Virus record (IMG/VR): IMGVR_UViG_3300028886_000042
DNA length: 64,000 nucleotides
Direction: 5' to 3' (one strand)
Origin: a virus
Lineage: Duplodnaviria > Caudoviricetes
Below, piece by piece: positions 40,043-51,900 of this stretch; within the stretch, counting starts at the first letter, position 1, and each line of letters starts with the position of its first letter. The position numbers were made by a program, and so were the translations under genes. Below the pieces are notes generated by a model. The model did no database searches. It was given only the letters and a program-made list of their open reading frames with translations, and was not told where the DNA came from.

Positions 40043-41134
40043 TCACTTAATACCGATTCTGGCCTTAAAATCCTTAATACATTCATCTTCGTTATACGAA
40101 ATATTCGAAACTGCCTTGTCTATTTCCTCTTCGGGTATGTTTTGTGTCCTAAGAAAATCCTTATCTTCTTCTGACTGTGAAAATGCCGAATTTGTTTTTC
40201 TGTTTACTGCGTTTCCGTGTATGGGTATATAGCCTCTTAACTTTTTACCGTCCCAGTAAACAAAGAAAAGAACAGGAGATTCCCAATCTCCTCCGGCATA
40301 TCCGATTATATATGATATTCCGTTTGTTTTTCTTATATCTCCTATAGATTCGCAGTTTTCGAAATCAAATTTAACCTTTTCGAGGTCATTGTGAAGTTCT
40401 GATAACTCAGGGGTTTCTTCGTATGGACTGCAAAACCTGTTTACGAAATTCCGAATGTTAAATTTACGGTCATCATCCCCAGTTGTATTACGGTTCCATA
40501 TATCAGACAGTTTTTCTTCAAACTCCTTCGGTGTTATCTTAGCTGCTGTACGTCCCTTCTTTGCAAGTTCAACATCCATATTAACTTCGTATCTTTTGTT
40601 CTCCCCGATAATCTGTCTGTACAGAGATTCGGTTATGCGTATCACCTTTCCTTTTCTTTCCTTGTTCTCGAACCGAACCGTATCATTGTTGCTTATCTTG
40701 TCTGATACATTCTTTGTCTGTATTTTTGCTATTGTCGGCTTGTCTTTTCTTATCTGTCTCTGTTTTTCGTGCGGTCTGATATAGGCATTCTTCATTCCTG
40801 CATCCTTCTTTGCCTTTTTGAAACCTTCTATTGCCGAAGTAGCTGTATTAAGGGTATTATTGACCCAGTTCATCATAGGTTCACCACCGTTCAGTGTATA
40901 TTCATCTGAATATTGTGTACCTTTATAGTTATCGAAGAAATTCTTGATACGTTTCATTTCGTTGTAAGAAATTGAATCCATTTCAAGAATGTTATTAAGG
41001 CGTTTATATCCTTCTACACTCTTGTCACCGGTATATGAGTTCAATATGCCGGTAAGATAACTCCTTATACCTTTCGGTATGACGAATTTCCTGTTTAACA
41101 GTTCCCTGTTTCCTTCAAATAAGAAATGTATCAT
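40043..41134 (-). CDS. Two-domain hypothetical protein with internal leader-like motif
   Basis: Internal KVIRITESLYRQIIGE. Confidence 0.6.
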   Translation of the reverse strand: MIHFLFEGNRELLNRKFVIPKGIRSYLTGILNSYTGDKSVEGYKRLNNILEMDSISYNEMKRIKNFFDNYKGTQYSDEYTLNGGEPMMNWVNNTLNTATSAIEGFKKAKKDAGMKNAYIRPHEKQRQIRKDKPTIAKIQTKNVSDKISNNDTVRFENKERKGKVIRITESLYRQIIGENKRYEVNMDVELAKKGRTAAKITPKEFEEKLSDIWNRNTTGDDDRKFNIRNFVNRFCSPYEETPELSELHNDLEKVKFDFENCESIGDIRKTNGISYIIGYAGGDWESPVLFFVYWDGKKLRGYIPIHGNAVNRKTNSAFSQSEEDKDFLRTQNIPEEEIDKAVSNISYNEDECIKDFKARIGIK

Positions 41135-41148
41135 AATTTTTTTGACAG

Positions 41149-41664
41149 TTATTTTCTGATATTGTTTATTTTAAGTTTCAGTTCCTTTAACCACGAATAT
41201 GGGAGTGAGGAAAAATCAAAACTCTCAATCAGTTTGTTAAGTACGATTGCCTGCTGTTTCGGATGAAGAGGTTTCATCGAATCTATCAGTATGTTAGCCT
41301 TGTTCTGTACGCCTTGAGGTATTTTTACGAGGTTATCATCTGTATTTCCGTTACTTAAAGTGTCAAGTTCCTTATTGTTGTAATAATCATCGACATTATC
41401 GTTATTCGTGTCGTTTTCCTTCAACGTATGCGGTCTGAGTGCAAAACCGGCATATCTGTTATATGCCTGTGATGACAGTTTATCGGCAAAACTGTCTGTT
41501 GTTTCAGGTTCTCCGTCCTCTTCATCATCCAACTTTCCGTTTACTGATATTTCCGACTGTCCGTTATACTGCTTGAAATCGCCGTTTCCGAGGTAATCGA
41601 ACGTATCACCAGCAGCTTCTTTTATCTGTTGTTCCGTTAACCTTATAATTCGCATCTTTTTCAT
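41149..41664 (-). CDS. Leader-tagged hypothetical protein
   Basis: Start corrected to ATG 41664: MKKMRIIRLTEQQIKEA. Confidence 0.62.
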   Translation of the reverse strand: MKKMRIIRLTEQQIKEAAGDTFDYLGNGDFKQYNGQSEISVNGKLDDEEDGEPETTDSFADKLSSQAYNRYAGFALRPHTLKENDTNNDNVDDYYNNKELDTLSNGNTDDNLVKIPQGVQNKANILIDSMKPLHPKQQAIVLNKLIESFDFSSLPYSWLKELKLKINNIRK

Positions 41665-41686
41665 TATAAAAACACAAAAAAATAGC

Positions 41687-41703
41687 CTATTTATTATAAA
41701 TAG
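41687..41703. promoter_or_regulatory. Palindromic divergent candidate late promoter
   Basis: CTATTTATTATAAATAG places TATTTAT in front of both divergent genes. Confidence 0.55.
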
Positions 41704-41716
41704 TGCATATTCGGTA

Positions 41717-43693
41717 ATGGGTAACATTTTAAACCATAATAGACTTGTATTTGATTTCAGACTTGATAAAAGTGAATACTTGGATTTTTATCTGAGTTGT
41801 CCTTCCTTCGGTTCTAATGTTTCAAAAGAAGGACTGTATGACGGTTGTCTAATATCATACATAGATACAACCGACCCTGACTGTATATGGTTTGACAGCC
41901 TTTACAGTAAGAAGGAGTATGTATGGGATGAATCAGTGAACGACGGTCTGTGTCTGAGCAATATAGGTTATACCGGGGTTGATAACGGACTTATACACTA
42001 TCTGAAGGACAGAACAGGTAATGAGGAATTCCTGAGATTATTCAAGGAAAGCGAATATAAGGTTGAAAAGGGTGATTTCCGTCTTATATTAAATAAGGTA
42101 TATGGAAACAATCAGATTTTCAGTTATGACAATGATATGGTTGAGGAAAACGGCAGGATTGTCTCTAAACTTAACGGAGGTTTCTGGCAAGGTTTCTTCA
42201 GAACTGATGACAGTTATAGGGTTTTACCGAGAAATATAGGTAACGGCCTTACTTTTGAGGTGGTATTGAAGAAGCATGACTTTGAAAAGGACAATGAATA
42301 CAGACTTAATGACCGTCATTCCGATAACAAGGGTATTTTCCTTTATTTGGGTACAAGGGCTGAGAACAAATGGTGGAAGGAGTATATTCTTGAACATCAG
42401 CCGAGGAAGATAGAAAACGGTTTCATCACAAGCGGCTATGTTAAAAGTGAATATACCGAAGAGGACAGCCTTAATGATGACTATATAAAGCCATATAAGG
42501 ACTTATATGCAGCGGAAGAGTACTTTGCAGACGGTTATCTTACGGATGAATGTGATGAAAACTGCTGCTGTGAGGACGGTAAGGGAAAGGTAAGCGGATA
42601 TTCATATGATTCCTCAATGCCGGTATTCACTTATCCCGAAGCACTGAATACATACGAGGATAATTCGGTATGGTTCGACAGGGACGGTCATTTATGGATT
42701 GAAAGTGAACTTAAAAGTACCGGTAAACTTAACGGAGGTTCGCATAGCAGAAAATCAAAGTGCAACTGTGACCATTATTTCCCTGATGACTATATAACAA
42801 AGGACTATTATGAGAATTCATGTGACTGTAGTATATATTTCAAGGATGACTATCTTAAACCGGAGGTTAGGATTGACGAGAACGAGGAACTTGTAATGAA
42901 GGACGGTTACAGTATAAGGCAGGTGAATATAAGGGAGTACAGAAGTGACAATAAATTCCTTTTGTTTGACCGTACATGTGACGGATTCACTACAGATACG
43001 TGGGTTGAGGGCAGTGAGGCAGTAATAACAGAGGTACTTACACCTAAGATAAAGAACTATTTTCTCCTTTTCGACAGAACCTGTAACGGATATACGACTG
43101 AGACAATCGGCAGTCTTATAGATGAGGAATCAAGGAAATATGATATTCTGAATGATTTATACCGTAATGCCATAGCATTTCAGATAGATGACGAGGGAAG
43201 ATTAGGGTACAAATACCTTGTAAGGGACTGTGAAAAGGAGCGCGGTTATGAAATACTGAACGAATGGACTTTGCCGGGTACTGTAAAGGAGGACAAATGG
43301 ACTACTGTTACCGTGAAACTGATACCGGTAGGACGGAAATATGATGAGTGTACGGAAAATACGTCTGCTTCGGACAAAATGAAGATACTGTTCTATGTAA
43401 ACGGTAAACTCAGAATGGTTTCAAAGGAGATTCCGACACTTAACTTCAGAAAACTTAATGATATGTACAGCAAGCAGGAAGGAGTACCGTTCAATATAAG
43501 TCTTGGAGGCGGTACACAAGGGTTGGCTGATGTGATTTACCTTAACTACAGAAAATTGCCGGAATATGAGCTTCCGCTTGAAAAAGAGTTTGCAGGAACC
43601 TTTGTAGGATATGTCAGGGCACTCCGTATATATAATTGTGATATAACATTTTCAGAAATATCAGAAAATGCGGTTTTTGACAGCGATTTCTAG
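41717..43693 (+). CDS. Putative virion protein, LamG/concanavalin-like C-terminus
   Basis: W..V.V...FYVNGKL, ISLGG...FVGYVRALRIYN. Confidence 0.55.
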   Translation: MGNILNHNRLVFDFRLDKSEYLDFYLSCPSFGSNVSKEGLYDGCLISYIDTTDPDCIWFDSLYSKKEYVWDESVNDGLCLSNIGYTGVDNGLIHYLKDRTGNEEFLRLFKESEYKVEKGDFRLILNKVYGNNQIFSYDNDMVEENGRIVSKLNGGFWQGFFRTDDSYRVLPRNIGNGLTFEVVLKKHDFEKDNEYRLNDRHSDNKGIFLYLGTRAENKWWKEYILEHQPRKIENGFITSGYVKSEYTEEDSLNDDYIKPYKDLYAAEEYFADGYLTDECDENCCCEDGKGKVSGYSYDSSMPVFTYPEALNTYEDNSVWFDRDGHLWIESELKSTGKLNGGSHSRKSKCNCDHYFPDDYITKDYYENSCDCSIYFKDDYLKPEVRIDENEELVMKDGYSIRQVNIREYRSDNKFLLFDRTCDGFTTDTWVEGSEAVITEVLTPKIKNYFLLFDRTCNGYTTETIGSLIDEESRKYDILNDLYRNAIAFQIDDEGRLGYKYLVRDCEKERGYEILNEWTLPGTVKEDKWTTVTVKLIPVGRKYDECTENTSASDKMKILFYVNGKLRMVSKEIPTLNFRKLNDMYSKQEGVPFNISLGGGTQGLADVIYLNYRKLPEYELPLEKEFAGTFVGYVRALRIYNCDITFSEISENAVFDSDF

Positions 43694-43734
43694 GAACGAT
43701 ACCATATTTATAATTAAATAAACTATTACTTACA

Positions 43735-45936
43735 ATGAATAACAAGGGAATAACATATTTTAGACTGAATTCGCCATACGAAGGTGATATCACGAAGAAT
43801 TGTGCCTTGGACGGATATGAAGTTGATAACAATTTCTTTACTCTTGAAGGTAGGGACATAAAATGTGTCTACGTTGAGAACGATGAAATTAAAATCGAGC
43901 TTATTAACGGACAGGTAATTAAATCCGGTAATGTATTCGGTAATTTTGCAAAGGACTTGACCTTTGACTTCGATTCCGAGAACGGTATTCTTTACGTTAA
44001 GCAGAACGGTCAGGTACAGAAAATTGAAGGTTTTGTGACGGAATACGGAGTTAACGGAGGCGTAGCAACTGACAGTACACTTGAGGGTAAGGGAAAACCT
44101 TCTTCTCCATTATCTGTTTCACCTGTTTACAGACCGGGAATGTACACTCCTGTTAAGAAGATTATAGACCTTACACAGGATGATTGCGGATGTAACTGTT
44201 CGGAGTGTTCAAGCCATACTGACGAATGCCTTCCTAACCCTAAGCATCTTTTGCCGGGAGACCGTTTCCTCGTACACGTCGAGAACAGTGACTACGGACT
44301 GCTTTACAACTATGAAGGTATAAAGAAGATTGCATGTGACCTTATCGGTACTAATTCTCCATGGAGAATACCTACAAAGGATGACTGGGATGATATGCTG
44401 AATGCAGTTGAACCTTGCGAGGCTGACAGAAACCATACAAGTGCCGCTTCTAACACATGGCTTGGAAGATTTGCCGGTAAATTCCTGAAGAGTAAGCACC
44501 TGTGGCGCAGTGAGGGTTGTATTAACAATGACAATGCAAATACATGCTTTGACTATTCTGATGAAGATACATGTGATGCAAGTGATTGCGGAAGAAGCGA
44601 GGGTGAATGCAATCCTACACATTGCGGTGAATACCATCACTGTCACAGACACAGAAAATGCGACCATCGCGGCATAGACAAGTACGGTTTCGGTATTACA
44701 CCTGCCGGTTATGCAGATGACGGAATGCTTTACGGCTATTTCGGTGAGCGCGGAATGTTCTGGACTGCTACCGTATCAAGAAGCGGTGCAAGCAGCTATG
44801 CAAAGAGATTCGACTATAACAAGTCAAATGTATATCAGGATATAGTTCCGGGCACAATTTACCTTTCACTGAGACTTGTAAAGGACTATGACGGTAACAA
44901 CTACTATCAGAGGGAGAAAATCCTTACAGACACATATCCTACAGTACTTATGCCGTCTGTTAAGACCGGCAGCAAGGTATGGACGAGTGTTAACATTGCA
45001 CTTACCAACCGCTGTTATCACGGTATCGTACCTAATGACGGTCAGGGAGTGACAATGATGAAGAAGTATTTCATCTATGAATGGGACGGTCAGAAATTCC
45101 TTACAAACGAACTTAAGGAAGGTGAAGTGGTTGCAGTTTTCGATGCACCTAATAACAGATACTGCACGGCATATCAGCTTATAAACGGTGAACTGATTGA
45201 TTTGGAACTCAGAATCGTAAATAATGTACTTTATATTATAAAGCCGAGACTTGACCACATTGAGGAACTTATCATTGCAGAGGAAAACAGGGCCAAGGAA
45301 GCTGAACAGGCACTTGGTGACAGAATTACCGAGGAAACCGAGGCAAGAACCGCTGCTGACGATACTCTCAGGAATGCAATTGAGGTAGAGGCCGCTGCAA
45401 GGGCTGCTAAGGATGCCGAACATGACGAGAAAATTGCCGAACTTGAAGAAAAGCAGGGTGATGTCGATGAGAAGATAGCAGAACTTGAAGAAAAACTTGT
45501 CCGTGAAGAAGCAGCAAGAATCGAAGGTGATGAAGCACTTGATACGAAGATTGAAACCGAGAAGGCTGACAGAATTGCAGCTGATGAGGAACTTAATACC
45601 AAGATTGAGACTGAGACAGCGGAGAGAATAGCAAAGGATGAGGAACTTGTAGAGAAGATTAATCAGGAAACTGCTGACAGAATTGCCGCTGACGAGGCAC
45701 TTGGTAACAGAATTACCGAGGAAGCAGAGGCACGAATTGCCGGTGATGAGGCTCTGAGAACTGCAATCGAGGAAGAGGCTGCTGCAAGAGAGGAAAAAGA
45801 TACCGAGATAGAAGGTAAGCTGCTCACTGAGGAAGGAACCGAATTTGATAAGACAAACGGTAAACTGACTCTGAAGAGTGCAGACGGTACTAATGACATA
45901 ACAGTACAGTTCAGTTTCAATTTCGGAGAATTCTAA
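43735..45936 (+). CDS. Fibre protein with FISUMP-like (C-lectin fold) domain and coiled-coil repeats
   Basis: WRIPTKDDW, YGFGITPAGY, FWTAT, SLRLVKD; E..AR.A.D..L repeats. Confidence 0.7.
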   Translation: MNNKGITYFRLNSPYEGDITKNCALDGYEVDNNFFTLEGRDIKCVYVENDEIKIELINGQVIKSGNVFGNFAKDLTFDFDSENGILYVKQNGQVQKIEGFVTEYGVNGGVATDSTLEGKGKPSSPLSVSPVYRPGMYTPVKKIIDLTQDDCGCNCSECSSHTDECLPNPKHLLPGDRFLVHVENSDYGLLYNYEGIKKIACDLIGTNSPWRIPTKDDWDDMLNAVEPCEADRNHTSAASNTWLGRFAGKFLKSKHLWRSEGCINNDNANTCFDYSDEDTCDASDCGRSEGECNPTHCGEYHHCHRHRKCDHRGIDKYGFGITPAGYADDGMLYGYFGERGMFWTATVSRSGASSYAKRFDYNKSNVYQDIVPGTIYLSLRLVKDYDGNNYYQREKILTDTYPTVLMPSVKTGSKVWTSVNIALTNRCYHGIVPNDGQGVTMMKKYFIYEWDGQKFLTNELKEGEVVAVFDAPNNRYCTAYQLINGELIDLELRIVNNVLYIIKPRLDHIEELIIAEENRAKEAEQALGDRITEETEARTAADDTLRNAIEVEAAARAAKDAEHDEKIAELEEKQGDVDEKIAELEEKLVREEAARIEGDEALDTKIETEKADRIAADEELNTKIETETAERIAKDEELVEKINQETADRIAADEALGNRITEEAEARIAGDEALRTAIEEEAAAREEKDTEIEGKLLTEEGTEFDKTNGKLTLKSADGTNDITVQFSFNFGEF

Positions 45937-45982
45937 TTAGAAAATAAAGTAAAGAAATAAAGATTTATCAACAATTCTTACA

Positions 45983-48900
45983 ATGAATAACGAATATAGA
46001 TTGCAATTATTGAATCACGGTGAGATTTTCCCTACCAGAGAGGAGGCCGTAGAGTACATAGAGGACAATTTTAAAGGTGTCGCTCTATGGGCTGAACCCG
46101 GTCTTGCTTTCTACGGTACGGAGAGAGAGCCTAAGATGATTCTTGCATTCGGTGCCAGTAAAACAGCCACAAGGCCACGTGTCTGCTACATCGATGATGC
46201 GGAATTAAGAGAAATGATTGCAGCCATTCAGGAACAGGTTGACATTCATACCGGTCAAATTGAAGAGGCTGCTGAGAGAATCCTTAATATTGTCAGTGCT
46301 GTCGGTCTTACCCTTGATGAAAACAGAATAAAAGACCAGATTCACTATGAACCAGACCCAAGTGACGAACTTATCGGACGTGCAACAAGCGTTGCCGAGG
46401 CCATAGCCATTATCTCCACATTCGTACAGGAAAAAATAAAGGATTTGGAATTTGACGTAGTTGACAGCCGTTCAATTGACCTTAATATCAATAAGACAGA
46501 GGATAAGACATTGCTTACCGGTGAAGTTAGGATTTCAACTGAAGGACAGGATGACGAACTTGACTTCAACAATAATATTGTCGGTATCAAGCCTGACGGT
46601 ATCTTTGCTGCATGTAACATGGAATACGACCCGTTAGGAAACCGCCTTATTTTCACTACATCCGGTGTTAAGAACGGACGTTTCGTAACAGATGCGAACG
46701 TAAAGATTATCGAACTTGGTGAACATACGAAGTATCATGCAGACAACGAAGGTCATACCGTTGAAATGATTGTCGATAACGAGCGCGGTACACTGTCAGC
46801 AGATGTTAAGATTGCTTCTGATGAGACGAATATTCTTCAGAATCATGACGGAAGACTTCTGGTTGACGGTAAGGCTAAGAATATCAAGTACAAGGGTACT
46901 ACTGTTGCTGCTGCACTCAATACTATCAATGAGGAAATTGACAGAATCAAGGATGAAATCAGAATCCTTATGGTTGAGGACTTCATTCAGGGTGATGAGA
47001 GTGATACTATCCTTACAAAGGCAATAAAGAATCCTAACGGAGGCTATACCGTAACTGCTGACGTACGACTCAGTTCAGATGAGTCAATTCAGGTTGCAAA
47101 CGGCGGTATCAAGGCTAATGTCGATATTAATGTGGATTCAACCAACAACAAACTTATACTGAGTGTAGGTAACAATACAAAGGAAGTACAGCTTCCCGGT
47201 ATCAGTATAGTTGACAACATCTACTATGATGCCGTTAACAAGTGTATCGTTATTACATGGAAGGACGGAACACAGAAAACCGTTATCCCTGTAGGCGATA
47301 TGCTTAATACATGGATTGTCGATAACAATCCTCAGAGTCCTGTCGTGCTTACAAAGACAGAACCTGAAGTTGCCGGTGACCCTGAGAAACTGTCAGCAGA
47401 CATCAAGCTTGCCTCAACAGATAATCTTATCGCAAAGGACGCATACGGACAACTCTTCGTAAGCCGTAGTGCAATTGACAACAAGATTGCTGAGGAAGCA
47501 ACGGCAAGGGAGGCTGCTGACGCACAGATTAGAAGTGCAGTAGAGGCAGAGGAAAACGCCAGACGTGAGGCTGACGAGGTTCTTGACAATAAGATTGACA
47601 CCACAAAGGATGCAATCTACGCAAGAATCGATGCTGATGAAGAAAGGATTAATGAAGCCTATGCAAATGCAGAAGAGGCAAAGGCACAGGTTGAGCTTAC
47701 AAATGCAAATCTCAATGCGGAGATAAGCCGTGCTACAACAGCAGAAGGTGTAAATGCAGATGCCATTGCAGCAGAGACTTCAAGAGCAACGGCTGCTGAA
47801 AATGCAATTGACTCAAGACTTAGTGTAACTGAATCGGGTCTGGCTGCTGAAAAGACTACAAGAAGTACAGCAGATGCAGTACATGACGAGCAGATTTCGA
47901 ATTTGCAGAATGCACTTGCCGCAGCAGAGGCTTCACACCGTGAGGACGTTGAAAGACTGTCTGCCGGTATAAGGACTAATACAGAGTCAATTGCCGTAAT
48001 TAACGGTAGTGAAACTGTATCAGGCTCAATGAGGGAACTTGTAAAGGGTGCTAAGGATGAACTTAATCAGACAATCAGTAATGAAGTTACACGTGCTACT
48101 GCTGCTGAACAGAGAGTTGAACTTCTGTTGCAGAACGAGGAACTGAGAGCAACACAGGCCGAAGCTGCTGCCGTAACAACGGCAAATGCCTATACAGACC
48201 ATGCAGTTGCTGACAGTAAGCATATGTCGGATGACTATACGGATGCTGCAAAGGCCGAGGCTATTGCAACTTCAAAGGCTTATACCGACTCTAAGGTTGC
48301 CGAAGCAGGCGAGGCTTCAACTTCCTATACCGATACAAAGGTAAATGAAGAGAAGAACCGTGCCGTTGCTGCTGAAACCGCTAATGCAAATGCCATTGTT
48401 GCCTTGCAGGAGAAGGATATTCAGATTGAGGGCGAACTTGCCGATAAGGTAAGTGAGGTTAAGATTGTGAAGAACTCGCAGAGTGATTTGCAGTATATAT
48501 TGAAAGTTGACGGTCAGGACGCAGGTGAAATCAATATTCCTAAAGACCAGTTCTTAGTTGAAGTACTGTATAATTCAGTAAGCAAGGAACTGACATTCGT
48601 GTTCGAGACTCAGACAGGACGTGAGACAACTACTATCAGTATCGCCGACTTGATTGACACATACCTTGCCGGTAACGGTATCGTACTTAACGGTAACGTA
48701 TTCAGTGTAAAGGTAAATCCTGCAAGTGAATTCCTGTCAGTCGATGCAGACGGTATCAAGGTAACCGGTATTAATGCTGCACTTGCTACTAAGGCAGATG
48801 CTTCAAATGTATACACAAAGGCTGAGGCAGACGGAAAGTTCCTTACCGAACATCAGGATATTTCACACCTTGCTACAAAGGTTGAACTTGAGGCTGAGAC

Positions 48901-51900
48901 AACACGTGCCACTGCTGCCGAACAGTTTAATACAAGCCGTATAGTTTCTTTGGAGGGTGAAATCGTACATAAGGTTGAACACGTAGAGATTGTCAAGAAC
49001 TCGCAGAGTGACTTGCAGTACATACTTAAGGTTGACGGTCAGGATGCAGGTGAAATCAACATTCCTAAAGACCAGTTCCTTGAGAGTGTAACCTACAACG
49101 AACAGACAAAGACACTTGAATTCATATTCATAACAACAGACGGAAGACCTTCAATCGTAAGGATTAATATTTCCGACCTGGTTGACGTTTATACTGCCGG
49201 TAATGGTCTGAACCTTAACGGTAATGTATTCAGTGTAGCTATCGACCCTTCAAGTGACGAGTATATTACACTTACTCCTTACGGAATCAAGATTAGCGGT
49301 ATCAAGGCTGCAATCGACAATAAGGCTAATGCTGCTGACGTATATACAAAGACTGAGGCAGATAACAAATTCCTTACTGAACATCAGGATATTTCCTATC
49401 TCGCAACAAAGGAACAGGTAAATACTGAGGTTGCACGTCTGGATGCTAAGGATGCTGAACTTACTGCCGAGGTTAACAGAAAGGTTGAAACCGTAGAGGT
49501 TGAGAAGAATCCCGGTAATGAACTTCAGTACTTCATTATAGTTGACGGTACGAGGGTAGGTACTATCGATATTCCAAAAGACCAGTTCTTAAAGGAAGTA
49601 AGATATGATTCTGCATCAAAGACTCTTATCTTTACATTCGAGACTACTGAAGGAACAAAGATTGTCAATGTACCTATCGGTGATTTGGTTAACACATATA
49701 CAGCCGGTAACGGTCTGAAACTTGTGGATAATCAGTTCTCAGTTAAGATTAATCCTGCAAGTGAGTTTATCACTGCTGACGAGGACGGTATAAAGGTTAC
49801 AGGTATAAGTGCTGCACTTGCAAACAAGGCAAATGTGGGTGATTCCTATACCAAGGCTGAGTCTGATGCTAAGTATATTACGGAACATCAAGACCTTACA
49901 CCTCTTACAGACAGAATTACCGCAAACGAGAACGCCATTACGGTTATTAACGGTAACGAGGCACAGGAAGGCTCAATCAAGAAGTCGCTTGCAGACGCAA
50001 AGGCTTATGCTGATGCACTCGTAACAGCTGAAAAGGCTGAGAGACAGTCAGTTGACGCTACAAAGGCTAATGTAGGTGATTCATATACAAAGGCTGAGTC
50101 TGATTCTAAGTATCTGACAAGTGCTTCAATCGAGAACCTTGCAACAAAGGCTGAACTTGCAGCTGAGACTACACGTGCAACTGCTGCCGAGGAAGCAAAT
50201 GCTGCTGAAATCGTTAACCTTAAGAACAAGGATATTCAGATTGAAAACGAACTTGCTGAGAAGGTTGAGGACGTTAAGATTGTCAAGGGTGATACCGACT
50301 TTGTATACAGACTGTTCGTTGATAATGTTGAAAAGGGTGTTATCAATATTCCCGAAGACCAGTTCTTGAAGAACGTAAGCTATAATCCTGTAACAAGAAT
50401 ACTTACATTCGTGTTCGAGACTTCAGCAGGTGAAAGAGTCGTAGATATCGATATGTCAACCCTTGTTGACACCTATACTGCCGGTAACGGTCTGCAACTT
50501 GATGCGAATAATCAGTTCTCAGTCAAGATTAACGAGGATTCCGAGTCATACATTACCGTAACTGCCGAGGGTATCAAGATTTCAGGTATTGACGCTGCAC
50601 TTGCAAGCAAGGCTAATGTTGGTGTTTCCTATACCAAGGCTGAGTCTGATGCTAAGTATCTGACCGGTACTGATATTGAGGGTCTCGCTACAAAGGCTGA
50701 AGTAACTGCACTTGACAATAAGGTTGAGGGCTATAATACCGAACTGAATACCAAGGTAAATGCTAATACGGATGCCATTACAACCCTTAACGGAAATGCA
50801 CTTGTAGAAGGTTCAGTTGACTATAAGGTTAAGGCTGCTAAGGATGCACTTGAAGCTGAAATCGCTGTAAAGGCTAATGCAGCTGACGTATATACGAAGA
50901 CTGAAATCGATAATAAGGGCTTCCTTACCGATGCTGATATCGAGGGACTTGCTACAAAGGCTGAGGTAACTACCGAGGTTGCACGTCTGGATGCTAAGGA
51001 TGTAGAACTTACTACCGAGGTCAACAAGAAGGTTGAAACCGTACAGGTTGTAAAGAGTACCGGTAGTGACTTGTCATACGATATCAGAGTTGACGGTCAA
51101 TCAGTAGGTACAATTGACATTCCAAAAGACCAGTTCTTGAAGAGTGTAACCTATGATGCCGGTAATAAGGAAATTGTATTCGTATTCGAGACCTCAGAAG
51201 GTGACAAGACCGTAAGGGTAAGCGTTGCTGACTTGGTTGATACATATACAGCCGGTAACGGTCTGCAACTTGACGAAAACAACAAGTTCTCAGTGAAGAT
51301 TAACGAGGATTCCGAGTCATACATTACCGTAACTGCCGAGGGTATCAAGGTTTCAGGTATCGACGCTGCACTCGCTGCAAAGGCCAACGCTGCCGATGTA
51401 TATACAAAGGCTCAGGCAGATGACAAGTTCCTGACAAATGCAGATATTGATAATCTTGCTACAAAGGCTGAACTGAATACTGTAAGCGAGGCTACAACGG
51501 CAAATACTAATGCCATCGCAGTGATTAACGGTAATGAATCTCAGGAAGGTTCAATCAAGAAGTCGCTTTCAGATGCAAAGGCTTATACGGATAACAGTGT
51601 TTCTGCTGAGACTGCACGTGCTACTGCTGCTGAAACCGCAAATGCAAATGCCATTGCAGTGATTAACGGTAACGAGGCACAGGAAGGCTCTATCAAGAAG
51701 GCTTTGAAGGATGCCAAGGACTATACTGACAACAGTATTGCCGGTGTAAGAAGCGACTATGATACTCAGATTGCAGGTATTAACGATGCATTGAACACCA
51801 AGGCTAACAAGAGCGAGGTTTATACTATTGCAGAAATCGATGCAAAGGGTTATCTGACAAGTACCGATATAGCAGGTCTGGCAACAAAGGAAGAGGTAAG

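Noticed and set aside
43735-45936. Diversity-generating retroelement target
   Set aside because: A C-lectin-like domain is present, but no reverse transcriptase or template repeat was seen in the window
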